Source: Chlorokybus atmophyticus (taxonomy: Eukaryota; Plantae; Mesostigma and Chlorokybus algae). From it: 64,000 bases of DNA. The position numbers were made by a program, and so were the translations under genes. Positions within the stretch are counted from its first letter, which is position 1. Every line of letters starts with the position of its first letter. The notes under the pieces are model-generated. The model was not told the DNA's origin, did no database searches, and was given only the letters and a program-made list of their open reading frames with translations. Positions 37,665-50,500 of this stretch are shown here, in pieces. The stretch is taken from assembly GCA_009103225.1 (NCBI GenBank), contig RHPI01003156.1:1050159-1114158 (forward strand), given 5' to 3'.

Positions 37665-39697
37665 CCAGTTGAAGAAGGTGTGTATCACATGCAAGCCCTG
37701 GTAGGATGCTGCCCCAGCCAGGAGGCATAAAGTGTTTGCGCTACGCTTGTACCAGTGGCTGCGCAGCACATTGCAGCCAAGCAACTGTGGTACACTTGTA
37801 CATCTTGAGACAATGCAGTAGTGTAGTTGAGGGTCTAGAGTTAGTGAAGATTAGCAATCTGTGCACCCACTGTAAGGTATCAACATCGCCCGCAGCATGC
37901 ATGTCATTGCATGGTATCAGATTGTGTCAGGTGCACTCACCTGCAAGGCAAGCCCTCTGCTGTTGTTATGCCAACGCTCAGCTTGTGCGCGTGTGCACAA
38001 AAGAACGTCGGGGGGATTCACTGCGTGCAATACATGCCATGTGTAGCATGCTGATCGTGCTCTGATATAAAGCAACACCAGTGAGTCACCACCATGCATA
38101 TGTAGGCAATGTTTGAGTGTTGGCATCTGCTGCATTGGCACGAGTCCTATTTATACGTCACTCAGCGCAGAATCGCCGAGTCAGCGTATGGTTGCAACTA
38201 AGTAGGTACTTGGTTACAGGTTTGAATCTGTCAATGGCATGCACGCTCTGGTCTGCAGACCTGTTGCTGGACTGCCCCTATTGCTTGCCTTTACATAGGC
38301 ATTCCAATACAATACAAGTATGAACGGCACACGTACACGCACACGCACAGTAGCACGCCAGCAAGCAGCAAGGCATACAATCAATTACCAGTCGGGGCCA
38401 AGGCTACACTATGCTTCGATGTGCATGCAGGGCGGGTAAGCAAGGGCAAGAGGAGGAGCAGGGGATGGTGCAGATCTTAGCTGCCAACGTGAGCAGCAGA
38501 AGGGTACACGTTCAGGCGACGTTCCAGCACCGTATGGAATAGCAATAGCAGCAGCCAGCACGAGCAGACACAGGGCGGGGCGGGTGTGCAAGTAAGCAGT
38601 AAAATGCTGTGCTGTGCGTTGGCGAGCAGCACGGGGGCCAGTATGAGACTGGTCAGTCTGGTGGCGAGTGTAAGACCCGTTTGCGCGAGCGCGCAACGTC
38701 TGCAGGCTCCCACACACTCACAACCACCAACGGTCAGCATAGCAGCAAAGTAGCATCGTAACTCAAGTAGCTCCAGTAGCATAGCATCGCCCAGCATGTG
38801 CAGACCAGACCGACATTGCACAGGGCAATGAACACCGCTAGCAAGGCACAGCGCAGCAGCAGCACAGTAGCACAGCAGAACACAGAGCAACAGCAGCAAC
38901 TCAGCAGGTCACAGCACATACCACACAGACTAGGTGCGGGCAGTTAAACTGCTCCACATGATTTGAAGCACCAATATTTTTGATGTTTCCTTCCGCTAGT
39001 AAACAGACTGTCCTTGAATCCGATGCAAGAAGCACACTCAAGCATACTCAAGTATTATATGACATATGCCTTGCGTTCACCGTTATCAAAGAGTTAAGAG
39101 CTTTCACCATCTGCTTCTAGTCATATATGACATGTTGCACAAAGCGTGATACTGTTTCCACCATCACGTGGCCGAAAAAGGCGACAAGATTGGATCCAGT
39201 TTCGTATAAAAGAGTTCATGTACATAGAAGAGTACAGTTGCCAGCCCAATGTTAACAACGCATTTATAAACTTCGTAAACTGCAAACAGCTTTCGATGCC
39301 TTCATAAAGCCTCCACCAGAGCATAAACGTGATAGGTGTCGGATAGTTTGCCTTATGTTAAACGGCACGATCAGCTACCCATTTTGAGAGACAATATGCA
39401 AGTTCGCCGGACTGAAAGCGCCGCAGCAACAAATTAGATATAAGCCCACTCAGGCTTTCGATCGAAGACGACCACTAATAATGACCATTGATGGTGAGTC
39501 ATTCCGTCATGATATACAAACAGCTTTCCCTCTCTGTCCACATACATGCTTGCACTCAAACCCGCTGCGCTCTTAAGCTAAGTGCCCAGTCCCACTGCAA
39601 TATGGTCAAGATGTTTGATGTCTCTCTTCTCAACCTTGCAGATAACCAAAACAACACCAAACTTTTGTCAAGTAGTCACACTCTGCCACTGGCAACG

Positions 39698-39877
39698 TCG
39701 CCGCCGCTAATGATGAGACAGATGAGGCGGACGAGGTGGTGGACGACGATGGTGCCGAGGTGCCCGCGTGTATGCCTTACACGTGTCAAAGGGCCATAAT
39801 AGGCGCACGTGACTTGAGTGGGTTAGCCGTTTTGTACCGTACGCGGCGGCGGATTCATTACGGGAATGATTGGGTTA
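39698..39877. repeat. Dispersed repeat, copy 1 (about 170 bp)
   Basis: GATGAG-CGGACGAGGTGGTGGAC...TTACACGTGTC...GCGCACGTGACTTGAGTGG...CCGTACGCGGCGGC...GGGAATGAT-GGGTTA is shared with 43950-44120 in the same orientation. Confidence 0.8.
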
Positions 39878-40338
39878 AAGTAATTAAGTAATCATTGCAA
39901 GCATGGCTGATTAGTATTGAATGTGCAGTGATAGGCGTCGATTCAATCTCCTTTCAACACAACATCCGTCCATTGTCGCAAGCTTTTTTCGGAGGCCTAT
40001 CGTGCCTTGAGCTCGTGCGTTATGGTGTCGAAACCTTTGCCTTCAACATACTATGCATCATGGAAGTATTGTTGTACGTGTGTAACAGTCACTCTGACCA
40101 TTGAGGCTTTTGCATTCGCACTTGCAAATGGCAAAAATATGGTACACGCTCTGAGACACTGCAGCAAATTGGCGACCCCTATGTTCGCAATATTCCATTC
40201 CTTTTGACGTCTTTGTGCGTGCGTGAGAGTGTGCTTGTATGTATGTGAAATTGTTGAAATTGTTACACAACGGCTTTCTTATGCATTGCTGGCATGGCCT
40301 TCACAACTTGAATGCTGTGCAACGGAGCTGAGTTGTTA

Positions 40339-43300
40339 CTACGCACCCTGCTCTTCATACACTAGAAGCGCTTTGAGCATGATCTTCTTAATGATCTGGC
40401 TTTTCTGTATGAAGATGGTCTTCAACACCAGGTGTTGCAACGCCTTCCTGGAGTTTGCCTTCACCACCATCTGAGATACAATGCATGCACCCTTAATTTA
40501 CAACACATACAGGCACACGCGTGCTTACACACGCGCGCACGCACACACTAATCTTGGGGCGCGCGCCATGAAGCTAACTGTGGACATACCTTGTGACAGC
40601 GATAGTGGTATATCCGCGAGGTGATCCTCTTCCGCAACACTCTCCTCGGCTCCCACTCTTTGCTGCTGTTGTGCGCTCCTCCTCCACGCCTTTGCGGCCA
40701 CATTGAGGCACTCGGAGAGTCTCTTCACCTTCTCGTGTGGTGTTACCCCACCCCAACCTATGCCACCACTCTCAGCGGTTGCTCTCTCTTTCTCGAATGA
40801 ACCGGATATCCTCCGCACCAAGGCCCGCCCCGCTGATACTGGAGCTGGCGGCGATGTCGCGGCACCCCGCACCAATGCATCCGCAACCCAAACACTCACA
40901 CCACTCCACACCTGTTGTTGTATCACGCGAGTGTTACAACCATACACCTGCAGGCATATGTGCAAGTGCGGGCGGGCATCTGAGCGCGCACGCGCACACA
41001 TTCACACATGCATGCGCGCGCGCTCGCCACCACGCACACGCATACACAACTACTCACCTCATGAAGCTCCTCCATGATGTGTCGAATCATGTGAGTCCCC
41101 TCTACTCCAAGTAGCTTCTCCACATCTCTGCGCACCTCTTCCTCCTCCGCAGGCATGAATTTGGCCGATACGGGGATGACGAGGAGTTCCCGCAACACGC
41201 TTTCGGTTACCAGCGGCTCCTGATGAAGACAGAAGTTGGTTGTTTAACACACGACACAGATGAAGCAAGTGAACGTAGTAGGTGCGTTGTGTTGGGCTTA
41301 CTTTGAGCGTGCGCCATAACCAATAGTGCAAGAGTTGCATCGCGTCTTTTGCTGAAAGCTCCCTCAACGCCTCCCATCGACCCCTATTCAATGCTTGCTG
41401 CAATGCCAAAGAAGCACTGCTTAAGCGACAGGAGGACGCACTATTGTGCAAGTCTGCGCACACAGCTAACGAAACCAACATACACACTCTTACGCATGCG
41501 CACAGTTCATATATATGCGCAAAACAAGACACGCACGCACTCACCGCTATCTCCCCCTTCGGCACGTAACTTGACGCTGTCGACATCATCACCTCTTCTC
41601 CCAACTCTCCCACAATATCCTCCCCACCAGCAACAACAACCACCCTCTCCCTCACTTGTCTGCAAACTTCCGCGACCACCTTCGGCACCCGCCGAAGCAG
41701 ATACCGGCGCTCCTCTCCGCACAGAACCTCCGCTTGTCTTCTGAGACACTCGCGCAGACTCGCATCAACGCTATGGAGGTGGTGGATGTTGTTGTTGTTG
41801 TTGTTGACAGCGGTAGGGGGGTTGAATATGCGGCGGAGGTGGGTGACGTGGTGCTCGAATAAGGAGACGAAAGACACCTGGGCATCTGTCTGCAACGCGC
41901 CGGGCCTGAAGCACACGAGTGTTGTTAGAAGTGCTACTAACACTCACACACGCCCGGCCGGCCCAAGATTAGTTGGTGTTATGTCTCAAGGCTTCTAGCC
42001 TCCTTTGCTTGCCTGTTTTGGCGAGTGGTCTTGATGGCCTGTTCGTTCGTTGGTCGCACACAAGCACACACAGGACAGGGAGTAAGCTGCTGTGTCTTGT
42101 TTGGACACACGTGTCGAGTGCGTGTACCTCCGAAGCGGTGTGTGTGCCGGCGTAGACGAGGTAGCACGCAATGACAAGTCCCGTCCGCCCTACACATAAC
42201 AACATGACGCTATGTATGCAAAGTGGTGTGAGAACATCACCGCACAAGTCCTAGTTACTCACCGAGCCCGGCGTGGCAGTGCACCGATACACGGTTACCA
42301 GCTTGTACATGGCCTGCCATCACCTGATACATGGAGCATCATGTAGGTAACATGATGATGATAGTCATGTGGAGCTTGTGTGCGTACCTGGGCGATGTTG
42401 AGGGCCTGCGCTAAGGTGGGCGTGTACATGTCCCTCCAAGGAAAGTTCAAGTGCTGGACTGTGTTGGGTCACACGCACACACAGCAGTGTTGTGTCAGCT
42501 CATTGACACGCAACAGGCATTGAGCAACGAACGTGATTGTTGTTGGCCACTTACTGCCGGCGTTCATAAAGTCCTCGGGCTCGTAGCTGAACCCGCTCGA
42601 GTGCAGGATGCCATCCCCACAACCAGGATGCTCACCAAGCTGTGTGTATATGCATGTGCTTGTACCCGCATGCGCATGCATGTGCGTGTGCATGTGTGTG
42701 TGCTTTGCTGCGTGCGGGCATGCTTGCGCGAGCGCGTGTGCTTTGCTGTGTGTCAACTCATGTAATTGTTAATGTGTACGGAACACGCGCATTCATGCAC
42801 AAACACTAACAACATGCAGTACCTCCTGGAGGTTGATGACTGCAGCGATGCGATGTGTCTGGAAGGAGGCGACGAGATCATGCAACCGCATCATCCTCGC
42901 CGCGGGCCTCGCCATTGCCAACACATCATTCGTCACCCAACTGTTGCAGCAGTTGTTGTTGTTGTTGTTGTTGTTGTTGTTAGACATGCATCATGCATGC
43001 ATCACCAACCAACAACACTTGCCTGGAGTGGACTCCCTCTATGGCGCTGCCGCCAGCCTGCCCTTCCCAGTCCTCATACCTGAGCAAACAACCGTGTGTA
43101 CGTGTGTTTGTATGTGTCAATGCAGTGTCTTGGTATGTGTCAGTCATGTTGGATCACCTGCACTTGTTGTTGCGGGGGGAGCCCACGCGCTCGCACGCGC
43201 ACTGCGCCCATGCCTTCACCGACACCGAGAGCGTCAACCCAGGCAGCGTCGCATTGTCCTGTCACATGAACGCCACAACATCAACAACAGACACAAACAA

Positions 43301-43477
43301 CAAAAAGTTCTCCCTCCCGGCACGCACCATCTTAGCCCATGATTTGGATTGGGTGAGGCTCGGGCCTTTTGACGAGGACTTTCTACCACCTTTGCTTCTG
43401 GTCTTCTTATGTTGGTTTGAGGCCTCTGTGCCGTCATCATGCTGCGTCTTTGCGTAGACGCTGCTGCTGCCTCCCAT
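40339..43477 (-). CDS. PTPDC1: Protein tyrosine phosphatase domain-containing protein 1 homologue, multi-exon
   Basis: GVHS|SWVTNDVLAMARP; IAAVINLQE; GEHPGCGDGILHSSGFSYEPEDFMNAG; NFPWRDMYTPTL; catalytic VHCHAGLG|RTGLVIACYLVY; RPGALQTDAQV. The N-terminal MGGSSS is a possible myristoylation motif. Confidence 0.9.
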
Positions 43478-43949
43478 TTGCCTAAGCTATGGATACTAGC
43501 AGACAGTACGCATGATACGCGATTGTTTATCGTTGTAGTGTGAAACCCTTGTTTGCACGTATCGATTGATCTTGCTTCAGGTAAGGATTCAAGGAATGAT
43601 TAATGCAAACTAGTCTTACAGTCGGGATGCTATATCGGCCAGTCGACTGTCCAAGTGACCTTCCCGGTGGCAACTTGTGTCATTGTATGATGATGTCCAC
43701 AGTTCTCCAGTTTACTTATATACCCCTCCAGTTGCACATGACCACTACTGGTGACTCCTTAACCGTTGGTTATCACATGGGAGCTCTATCCCTCCCGCTT
43801 CTAACTAGTGTATCTAGACCTGGGCGTTGCACTCGGCCCCAAGTCCCCAACTCTTTCGCGACCACACCACCGTTGACTGTTTGTTTACACGACCTCTTTT
43901 TACACTATGACAAGAAAATTAACACCCTGCAACCAGCAGCACCACGCCG

Positions 43950-44120
43950 CCGCCGCCGCCGCCGCCGATGAGTCGGACGAGGTGGTGGACAACAAAGGCA
44001 GGCCCTCGTGTATGCGTTACACGTGTCTAAGGCCAAGGGGCCAAGCGCACGTGACTTGAGTGGCGGGCGCCGTTTGCTGCCGTACGCGGCGGCAGACTGC
44101 TTAAGGGAATGATGGGGTTA
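43950..44120. repeat. Dispersed repeat, copy 2
   Basis: Diverged copy of 39698-39877. Confidence 0.8.
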
Positions 44121-44140
44121 TCGGTGGTTTATGACTGTAA

Positions 44141-44564
44141 CAGCTAAGGGGCAAAGCCTCATTTCTTTAGGTTCGCCGTGTCGCTGCAAGGCCGGCGGAG
44201 TCTGCGCCGACCTGCGGGGATTTCGGAGAAATATGAGTCTGTTGTCTGCGCAGACATGGCGTCAGATGTCCTGTGGACGCCGCGCCAGTCGTCGCGGATG
44301 TCACGTTACTGTTTAGACTTGCTCTACCTAATGCCGGCGCCTTTAGGAGTGTTTTGCCCTTAGGCGGGGCAAAGCCTTAAATGTATTACGTTCGGCTGGT
44401 TGCTGCAAGGCCTGCGGGGTCTGCGCCGACAAGCGGTGATTTTGGTAATCTGTGAGTAACTTGTCTGCGCGGACATTCGTCGAAAATCGTGCCGATGCTG
44501 GTCGTCGTGACATCACAGACAAGGACTTGCCGAACCTAAAAACGGAGGCTTTGCCCCTTAGCTG
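44141..44564. mobile_element. MITE-like element, 424 bp, with 20-bp perfect TIRs and a 4-bp TSD (GTAA); internally a dimer
   Basis: GTAA|CAGCTAAGGGGCAAAGCCTC...GAGGCTTTGCCCCTTAGCTG|GTAA. An internal second GGGGCAAAGCCT...GCTGCAAGGCC...GTCTGCGCCGAC at about 44367-44430 is preceded by a degenerate right-TIR-like TTTTGCCCTTAG. Confidence 0.85.
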
Positions 44565-45095
44565 GTAAGAATGGCTGCAAACGAAATGTCGGGTCACCCA
44601 TGATGTGGGCTCAACTGTGTCCGCACGCCGAGTTAAAGCTGTTAAACAGGCTGTGCGCTAGTACTCGTCAACATTCATGACACACCATAGCACGGAACCT
44701 TACTACCGGTAATTGGCGCAAGCACAAGGCATGAATAGGTCAACTCGCCGTGGAATATATATAACATCCCATGCAGATTTAATGGACAAGGTGCGGCTTC
44801 ATCATCATTAATAGCAACGGTTTAAAGTATATATTTGTAATTGGTTTTCCTCAACAAAACTTTGCATTACTGATTGGTTGATAATGTACATGCTCCGTCT
44901 TTCGGCACGTAAATCATATTTGAGAAGTAGAAGTTACGTCGCATGCGGCATATTGTAGCAAATCATATGCGTTGGTTCCAAGTCAATGCTTAAGATGTTT
45001 TGAAGCATTAGGGTTGCATTCAAAAAGTTCTAAGTTAATCACAAGCTGCATCGGCCGCGCTGATATCCATACAGTATACAGTCAGCAGGTTGGCA

Positions 45096-45309
<214 letters not shown>

Positions 45310-45689
45310 GCCCTCTTCAAGAATTTCTCCATAAGAAGGCAAGTAACCAAAGGTGACGCGAATGCGCTCAGCATGCTGTGCACGAACGTGTCCAACTTGG
45401 GGGGGGCAATAGCATCATGCATGGCAACAGTGTAGCGCATATAACTGCGCAATGGCAACAACCTACATGCATTGAGACTTACGTGCTCCATCAACACTTG
45501 ATGAATGTAAATGCTTACTATAGGATTAAACATCTATTCACACATAAAACACAATATGCTCAACTTCGGCATGTTAACATATAGCTGACCGGTAACTGTA
45601 CTCAAACATGTACTTTTATGGTGAACTTTGAGTAACATGCTACATTGCAATGTGGAGCTTGGGGGGGCAATGTGGACCACACTTATTTA

Positions 45690-45990
45690 ACGTCGACTCT
45701 AACAACCACTCAATACTCCGTGGGCAAACCCGAGAGCACAGCCCACACCACCTCAACTTCCTTGAGCTCTATGGCCAATGCCCAACAAGTTTTTCCATAA
45801 CGCTTTCGCCCGCGCGACAAACTTGCTTATTGGCTCCCCGCTCAGCTTTCGCAACGAGTTGAGTTCTTGTCTTAGCTGTAGCCTTCTTGCCATGTTGCGC
45901 GACTTGAAGTGGCTTTCCAACTTCAACCATAGCTCCTTTGCGGTGCTGCATTCTTTAACTCACATGTGCCGTGGATGGCCATGTTAGTGC
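45690..45990 (-). mobile_element. Ty1/Copia gag (UBN2-type) fragment
   Basis: ECSTAKELWLKLESHFKSRNMARRLQLRQELNSLRKLSGEPISKFVARAKALWKNLLGIG...EVEVVWAVLSGLPTEY, with stops and a frameshift. Confidence 0.85.
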
Positions 45991-45999
45991 TGTGCATTT

Positions 46000-46660
46000 C
46001 CTCGCCATCTGCACGTATAGCTTCCTGTAGTCCCCTCCATGGATTTGTCCTTCCATCGTGAACATCTGAGCACGCAACTTGGACAACATAGCTGTTGTAG
46101 CACATACCCTTCCTACTGCATGTCTCGTATGAGCTGCACCATCTCTGTCAGGAAGTGCTCGTGCATGGTGCAAATACGAGCAAACCTCCCAAATGAAGAT
46201 ACTACCAATCTAGCTGTGGACGAGATGTCGTTGTCCCGGTGGGGTGCTTTGCGCCTGGGCACAAACCTGAACGGCGTAGTGTTGGACTTATTTTACACCC
46301 TCGTAGCCAACCCCACCTGCGGAGACTGCAAGATTATGATATCTAACAACAATATGCTCACACCATTGGCTGACCGCAGCAAGGTGAGCATATGCTGCAG
46401 ATAAATTTCCCCTCCGGGTGCATGTGGGCTAAGATATATACAAGCCTCGAACTTTGATAATGCCACCACAATATCATCAATACAACGCAATACGTGTATG
46501 GCAAACCTTATGGCCAGCGGCCTTTATCATGTTGCCACCAACCTGTCCATAAAATCCAACTCGTAAGTTAGCAAGTCATGGCAAGAGAGATACACCCCCG
46601 CATTGTCTCCAATTGGTCTCCCTGTGAAGTTAATCCTCAGCCGTTTGCACAAACAGGTTG
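46000..46660 (-). mobile_element. Penelope-like element reverse transcriptase remnant
   Basis: GRPIGDNAGVYLSCHDLLTYELDFM (~GIPMGTNCAPLLADLFLYSYE); LRCIDDI (YIDD); LLDIII...LATRV*NK; GRFARICTMHEHFLTEMVQLIRDMQ*EGY (PLE thumb). Several stops. Confidence 0.75.
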
Positions 46661-47722
46661 GTTAGCAGAAAGCAAGCATGGCATGCAAGTCAACAGCAGT
46701 GGACACCTTGGTAACACCCTCACGTGAAACCACTGTCCCCCTCACCCACGTGTGTGTCACTTGCCTGGATGTTCATGTGCAAATGGGTTTCTTTGTATCG
46801 TCTCAACACATGTACATGCATGTCCAACGGGAAAGGCTAGTAGCTAGTTATTTAGTGCAGTGGATTAACCCGGTGGTGACAGCGGTGAAATGTATACTAG
46901 TGTGCATGTATTGCTTGAGTGGTTGTGATATATTGCATGCGTATGCCTAATCGCACGTCATATATTATGTACACATGCAAACACCTTTTGCACGAAACCT
47001 TGCATGTGTAACGACAAGTGTTCTACGTTGGTGTACAACGTAGTATAATTCCAGGACATCAATTGCACGTGCTCACGCTTCTGTAGTAGAGTACGCCCAC
47101 CGTTAATGTAGTCCCGCAATCTGCCAAATGCATAAGAATCCTTTATGATCTAACACTGCAACGTCTTGTATTTTCAGACGCCAATCGGGTCCCGCCAACG
47201 TCGCAGCTACTGTACGATGTTCGCTGCTAAGCACGACTGCAAGGACAGTCGGTGTGCTAGTTTGCATTTTAGAAATGAAGTCATCAACCGCTGCGTAGCG
47301 GTGGCGGTGTTCTGGCTAGCGGGTACAGCAGCATGGCACATTTCAGTGCGCCAGCAATAACTTCCGCTTTGCCTGGGTCTTACAGCAGCATCGGCAATGC
47401 GGGGGTTATATTTCGCAAACTAAGCATATAATTGAAGTTATGCTTAATGTACTCAAAAAAATGATGCAAACAAAACTTCCCCGCAATCGTACGTACATAT
47501 GCAAACAACCGTACTGAATTTGCATGTTATGTAAACTCATATGCCACGGCAACATTAACATTAGCTTGACTATATGCTGTGCGTGCACGCTTGGAAACTA
47601 CTCTTTCTTGATTCAACTCACATAGTTCATGTAGAGACAATGCATGTATCTAAGCTTTCTCCCTGAGGCGAGCTGCTCGGCGCCAAGCTAAGTTGTCCGC
47701 ATACGATATACATGATACCATA

Positions 47723-48101
47723 GTTGCACCATACGGCTCCAAAGTCCGTTGCATACGCGTATTGTTTAAAAAAAAAAAAAAAAAAGACTATAATGAATAA
47801 TTATTGCATGCGCGTATGTGAAGGCCTTCTGCTGTTCCACCGCCAGAAAAAATGCCCGTGCCCCGATTTGCATACTATTTTGCACCGCGCGTCACCAAAT
47901 TGTGAATTGCTGGTGGTGCGGCTCTACACTCGGGGCAGGGGCATTATTCTGGTGGTGGGGCAGTGCCAAAGGGTGGATCACCACTGGTTTAACAGCATAA
48001 TGTGCACGTATTACCGTATGCATCGATGGTCCATAATGCATACCCGTATATACCCGTATACATGGACTTGCAATGCATACCCGTATGCCGTATGGTGCAA
48101 C
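47723..48101. mobile_element. MITE-like element, about 380 bp, with 15-bp TIRs and a probable TA TSD
   Basis: TA|GTTGCACCATACGGC...GCCGTATGGTGCAAC|TA, with subterminal ATACCCGT repeats at about 48040-48086 and an internal poly-A. Confidence 0.7.
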
Positions 48102-48599
48102 TATGCATGACACCTTCTCCAATGGCGAGATGCCCCAATTCTCCAGCCCATCCCGCACCAACCGCACTCCCGAAGGCGTCGCAGATGCCGTGGTACTCGC
48201 TTGGAAGTTGTCGCGCCTATAAGGCTGGCAAAGTCATTCTCTGCCCCTTACTTATGTTGGTAAAACGGGACCAAGTGGGATTTTCCATGTCATAAGCGGG
48301 TGTAAGTGCTTATGGCGTCACGCCCCCTCGGAGGGGGGGAGTCTGTTGGGTCTTCTGCTCCTGCTGGCATTGCTGCAAGGATGCGCCGCTAACTTAGCGG
48401 CGTGTGGGTTGAACCCACAGCCATGCTCCTGGTGACTGAGTCTACCGTTTGCATGCATGCATGACTAACAGGGTGGGGTAGTAGTAGTGGTAGAGTGCAT
48501 GTAGACCTGATGTTATGCAGCTGCTGGCGGTGCTATATGGTGTGTGCTCCGTGTGGCATGCGTTGCACGCAAATCCATTCCCTTGCCGTTCTTTTATAC

Positions 48600-49520
48600 A
48601 AATAAGACTTCAGATGTACACCCGTTCATGCTAAGCGGGCGCTGCGTCCGCCTCAAAAGTCTGAGGGCCTCGAGCCACATGACCCCATCGCGGTACTGCA
48701 GCCACCGCAGCTCTCCGCTCAAAAATCGCCATCGCTTGGTCCCGCTCCAATTGCAAGACGTATGCCACGCGCTGACGGCAGAGTCGAATAATGCCCTCCA
48801 GACGCCGTGGCTCCGTCCCACGCACTATGGCGATGTGGCGCGCACAACATCGCAGCACGCTACTCTGTTATCATGATGGTGAGGCATGGAGTGCGCTACA
48901 CAACATGAGCGCACGCTTGCTGCATTAGTCGTGAGAGTATAGAGACATTATGTTACACATTCAAGTGGTTAGGTGTCATCTGCTAACGTGCCTAACAACA
49001 CACCAAACAACAAAAATATAGTGCCATAATACACGTAGCACGTGCTGTTGACGTGCGTCAACAACATCTCGCCCAATGGCACGTTGTCTTCCATCGTCAG
49101 CGGTACATACCCCTCTCGCATTTCTTGTACAGTGTGCATGCGTTCCTAGCCGGGCATTGCTCCCACCGCTGCCCCTCAAGGGGATACATGCCCCTCGCTG
49201 ACGCAATAGCGTGACGAAGTTGCTGACCCGCATAGGGGCAGCTCTTGACGAAACATGGCCTTGTGCTTATGCAAAGACACTAGCACGCGAGCACAGATGT
49301 TGAGGAGCTTGTGATGATGATAGAGGTTGACGCTTGTGGCAGTCCTAATAGTGACGTGAGTCTCCGCCGCTAGTGGGTAGAAGGTGTCGCCCGGCGGATG
49401 GACATGGTATTCCCACTACTTGCGCCGCATCTTCTGCGCTCTCGCCACAACGTGTGACCGTCATATATCAACGGTGAGTAGAAGCAAGTGGAAGATGCAC
49501 ATGCTGTTGCCGAATTGACT
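48600..49520 (-). mobile_element. Degenerate 3' end of a restriction-like-endonuclease (RLE) non-LTR retrotransposon
   Basis: RAQKMRRK*WEYHVHPPGDTFYPLAAETH resembles the RLE motif K..KY...D.F.PLA.ET.G; RQRVAYVLQLERDQAMAIFERR resembles the terminal RQRLSVALQRGNA motif. Confidence 0.5.
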
Positions 49521-50500
49521 TGTCGCAACTGCCACATGCTCTAGACGTGACCACTTCCTCTATATTGTGATGGAGTGGCGTCCATGTGGTAAACGGGTGT
49601 GATATGTGTTTGTGGCCATGGACTATTTTCTTCCCATGGTACATTCATATACACGTTCGCTACTGTCAGCTGCACACCAGTCTCACCGTCAGTCACAGCA
49701 CAAGCAGCATGCCAACCACCCATGTAATTCGATGCCGGTAGGATTTCTCATGCCGTAAGGACCTCATCGCACAATCTCTAGTATCATTGACATACAAGCG
49801 TGTGTCAAACCCGCCATTTGTATAATATACAAGTTTGCGGCCACAATGCACACAATGACTTGTATTGTGCGCAGTAAGGGTCCAGTGGATGCCTGATGTG
49901 AACTAGCAGCACCCACCTGCATCAATACGCAAAGACTGAAGCCTTGGAGCTGTTGCACTGGCAACAGGTGCCGTGCAGTCTCAGTTGCTGCCCACTTGGA
50001 AAGTGAACAATGCAGCACACAAAAACTGCTACAGTACTCTACCTGAATAGCGCACTACAAACCACGATAGTCTAGTGCAATCGCGAAAAACAATCAACAC
50101 ATCTAGTGTAAGGTCTTCTATCTGTAAGACCTTCTATGCGTGCTGGTGGGACTTGGCCATCATACCAGCAGAGGAAGCAGTACTGCAGCCAAGCCCTCAA
50201 CAATGGTCGGTGCAGTACCTAAAGCAGGTGAGTGCAGCAAGCAAAGGGTGCTAGTGTGCAGGTGGAGGCTGCATACAAAGGGTGCTTCCTCCACTCCTGG
50301 TGCTGGCGAAGGTGATGACGTATACTCTGCTCAACGAGTGCTCCATCCTCCACTGGCAGCGGTGACGCAACAAGAGCAGCATGCTCGCTGGGGCTCCAAA
50401 GTTGCAATGTTGGAAAGTTTTGAACAAGCAATATGACTGAAGCTCGTTGGCTGGTTGGATCAAATGGCCAATCGCACGAACTTACAGTTGTAGGCTGGGA

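Noticed and set aside
39100-40200. Possible gene in the minus-strand coding-like stretch
   Set aside because: Stops occur in all frames, there is no splice model and no recognisable motif; at most a decayed repeat.
50140-50470. Short ORFs downstream of LIN52
   Set aside because: They lie in the probable 3' UTR after the TGA at 50501 and show no motif.
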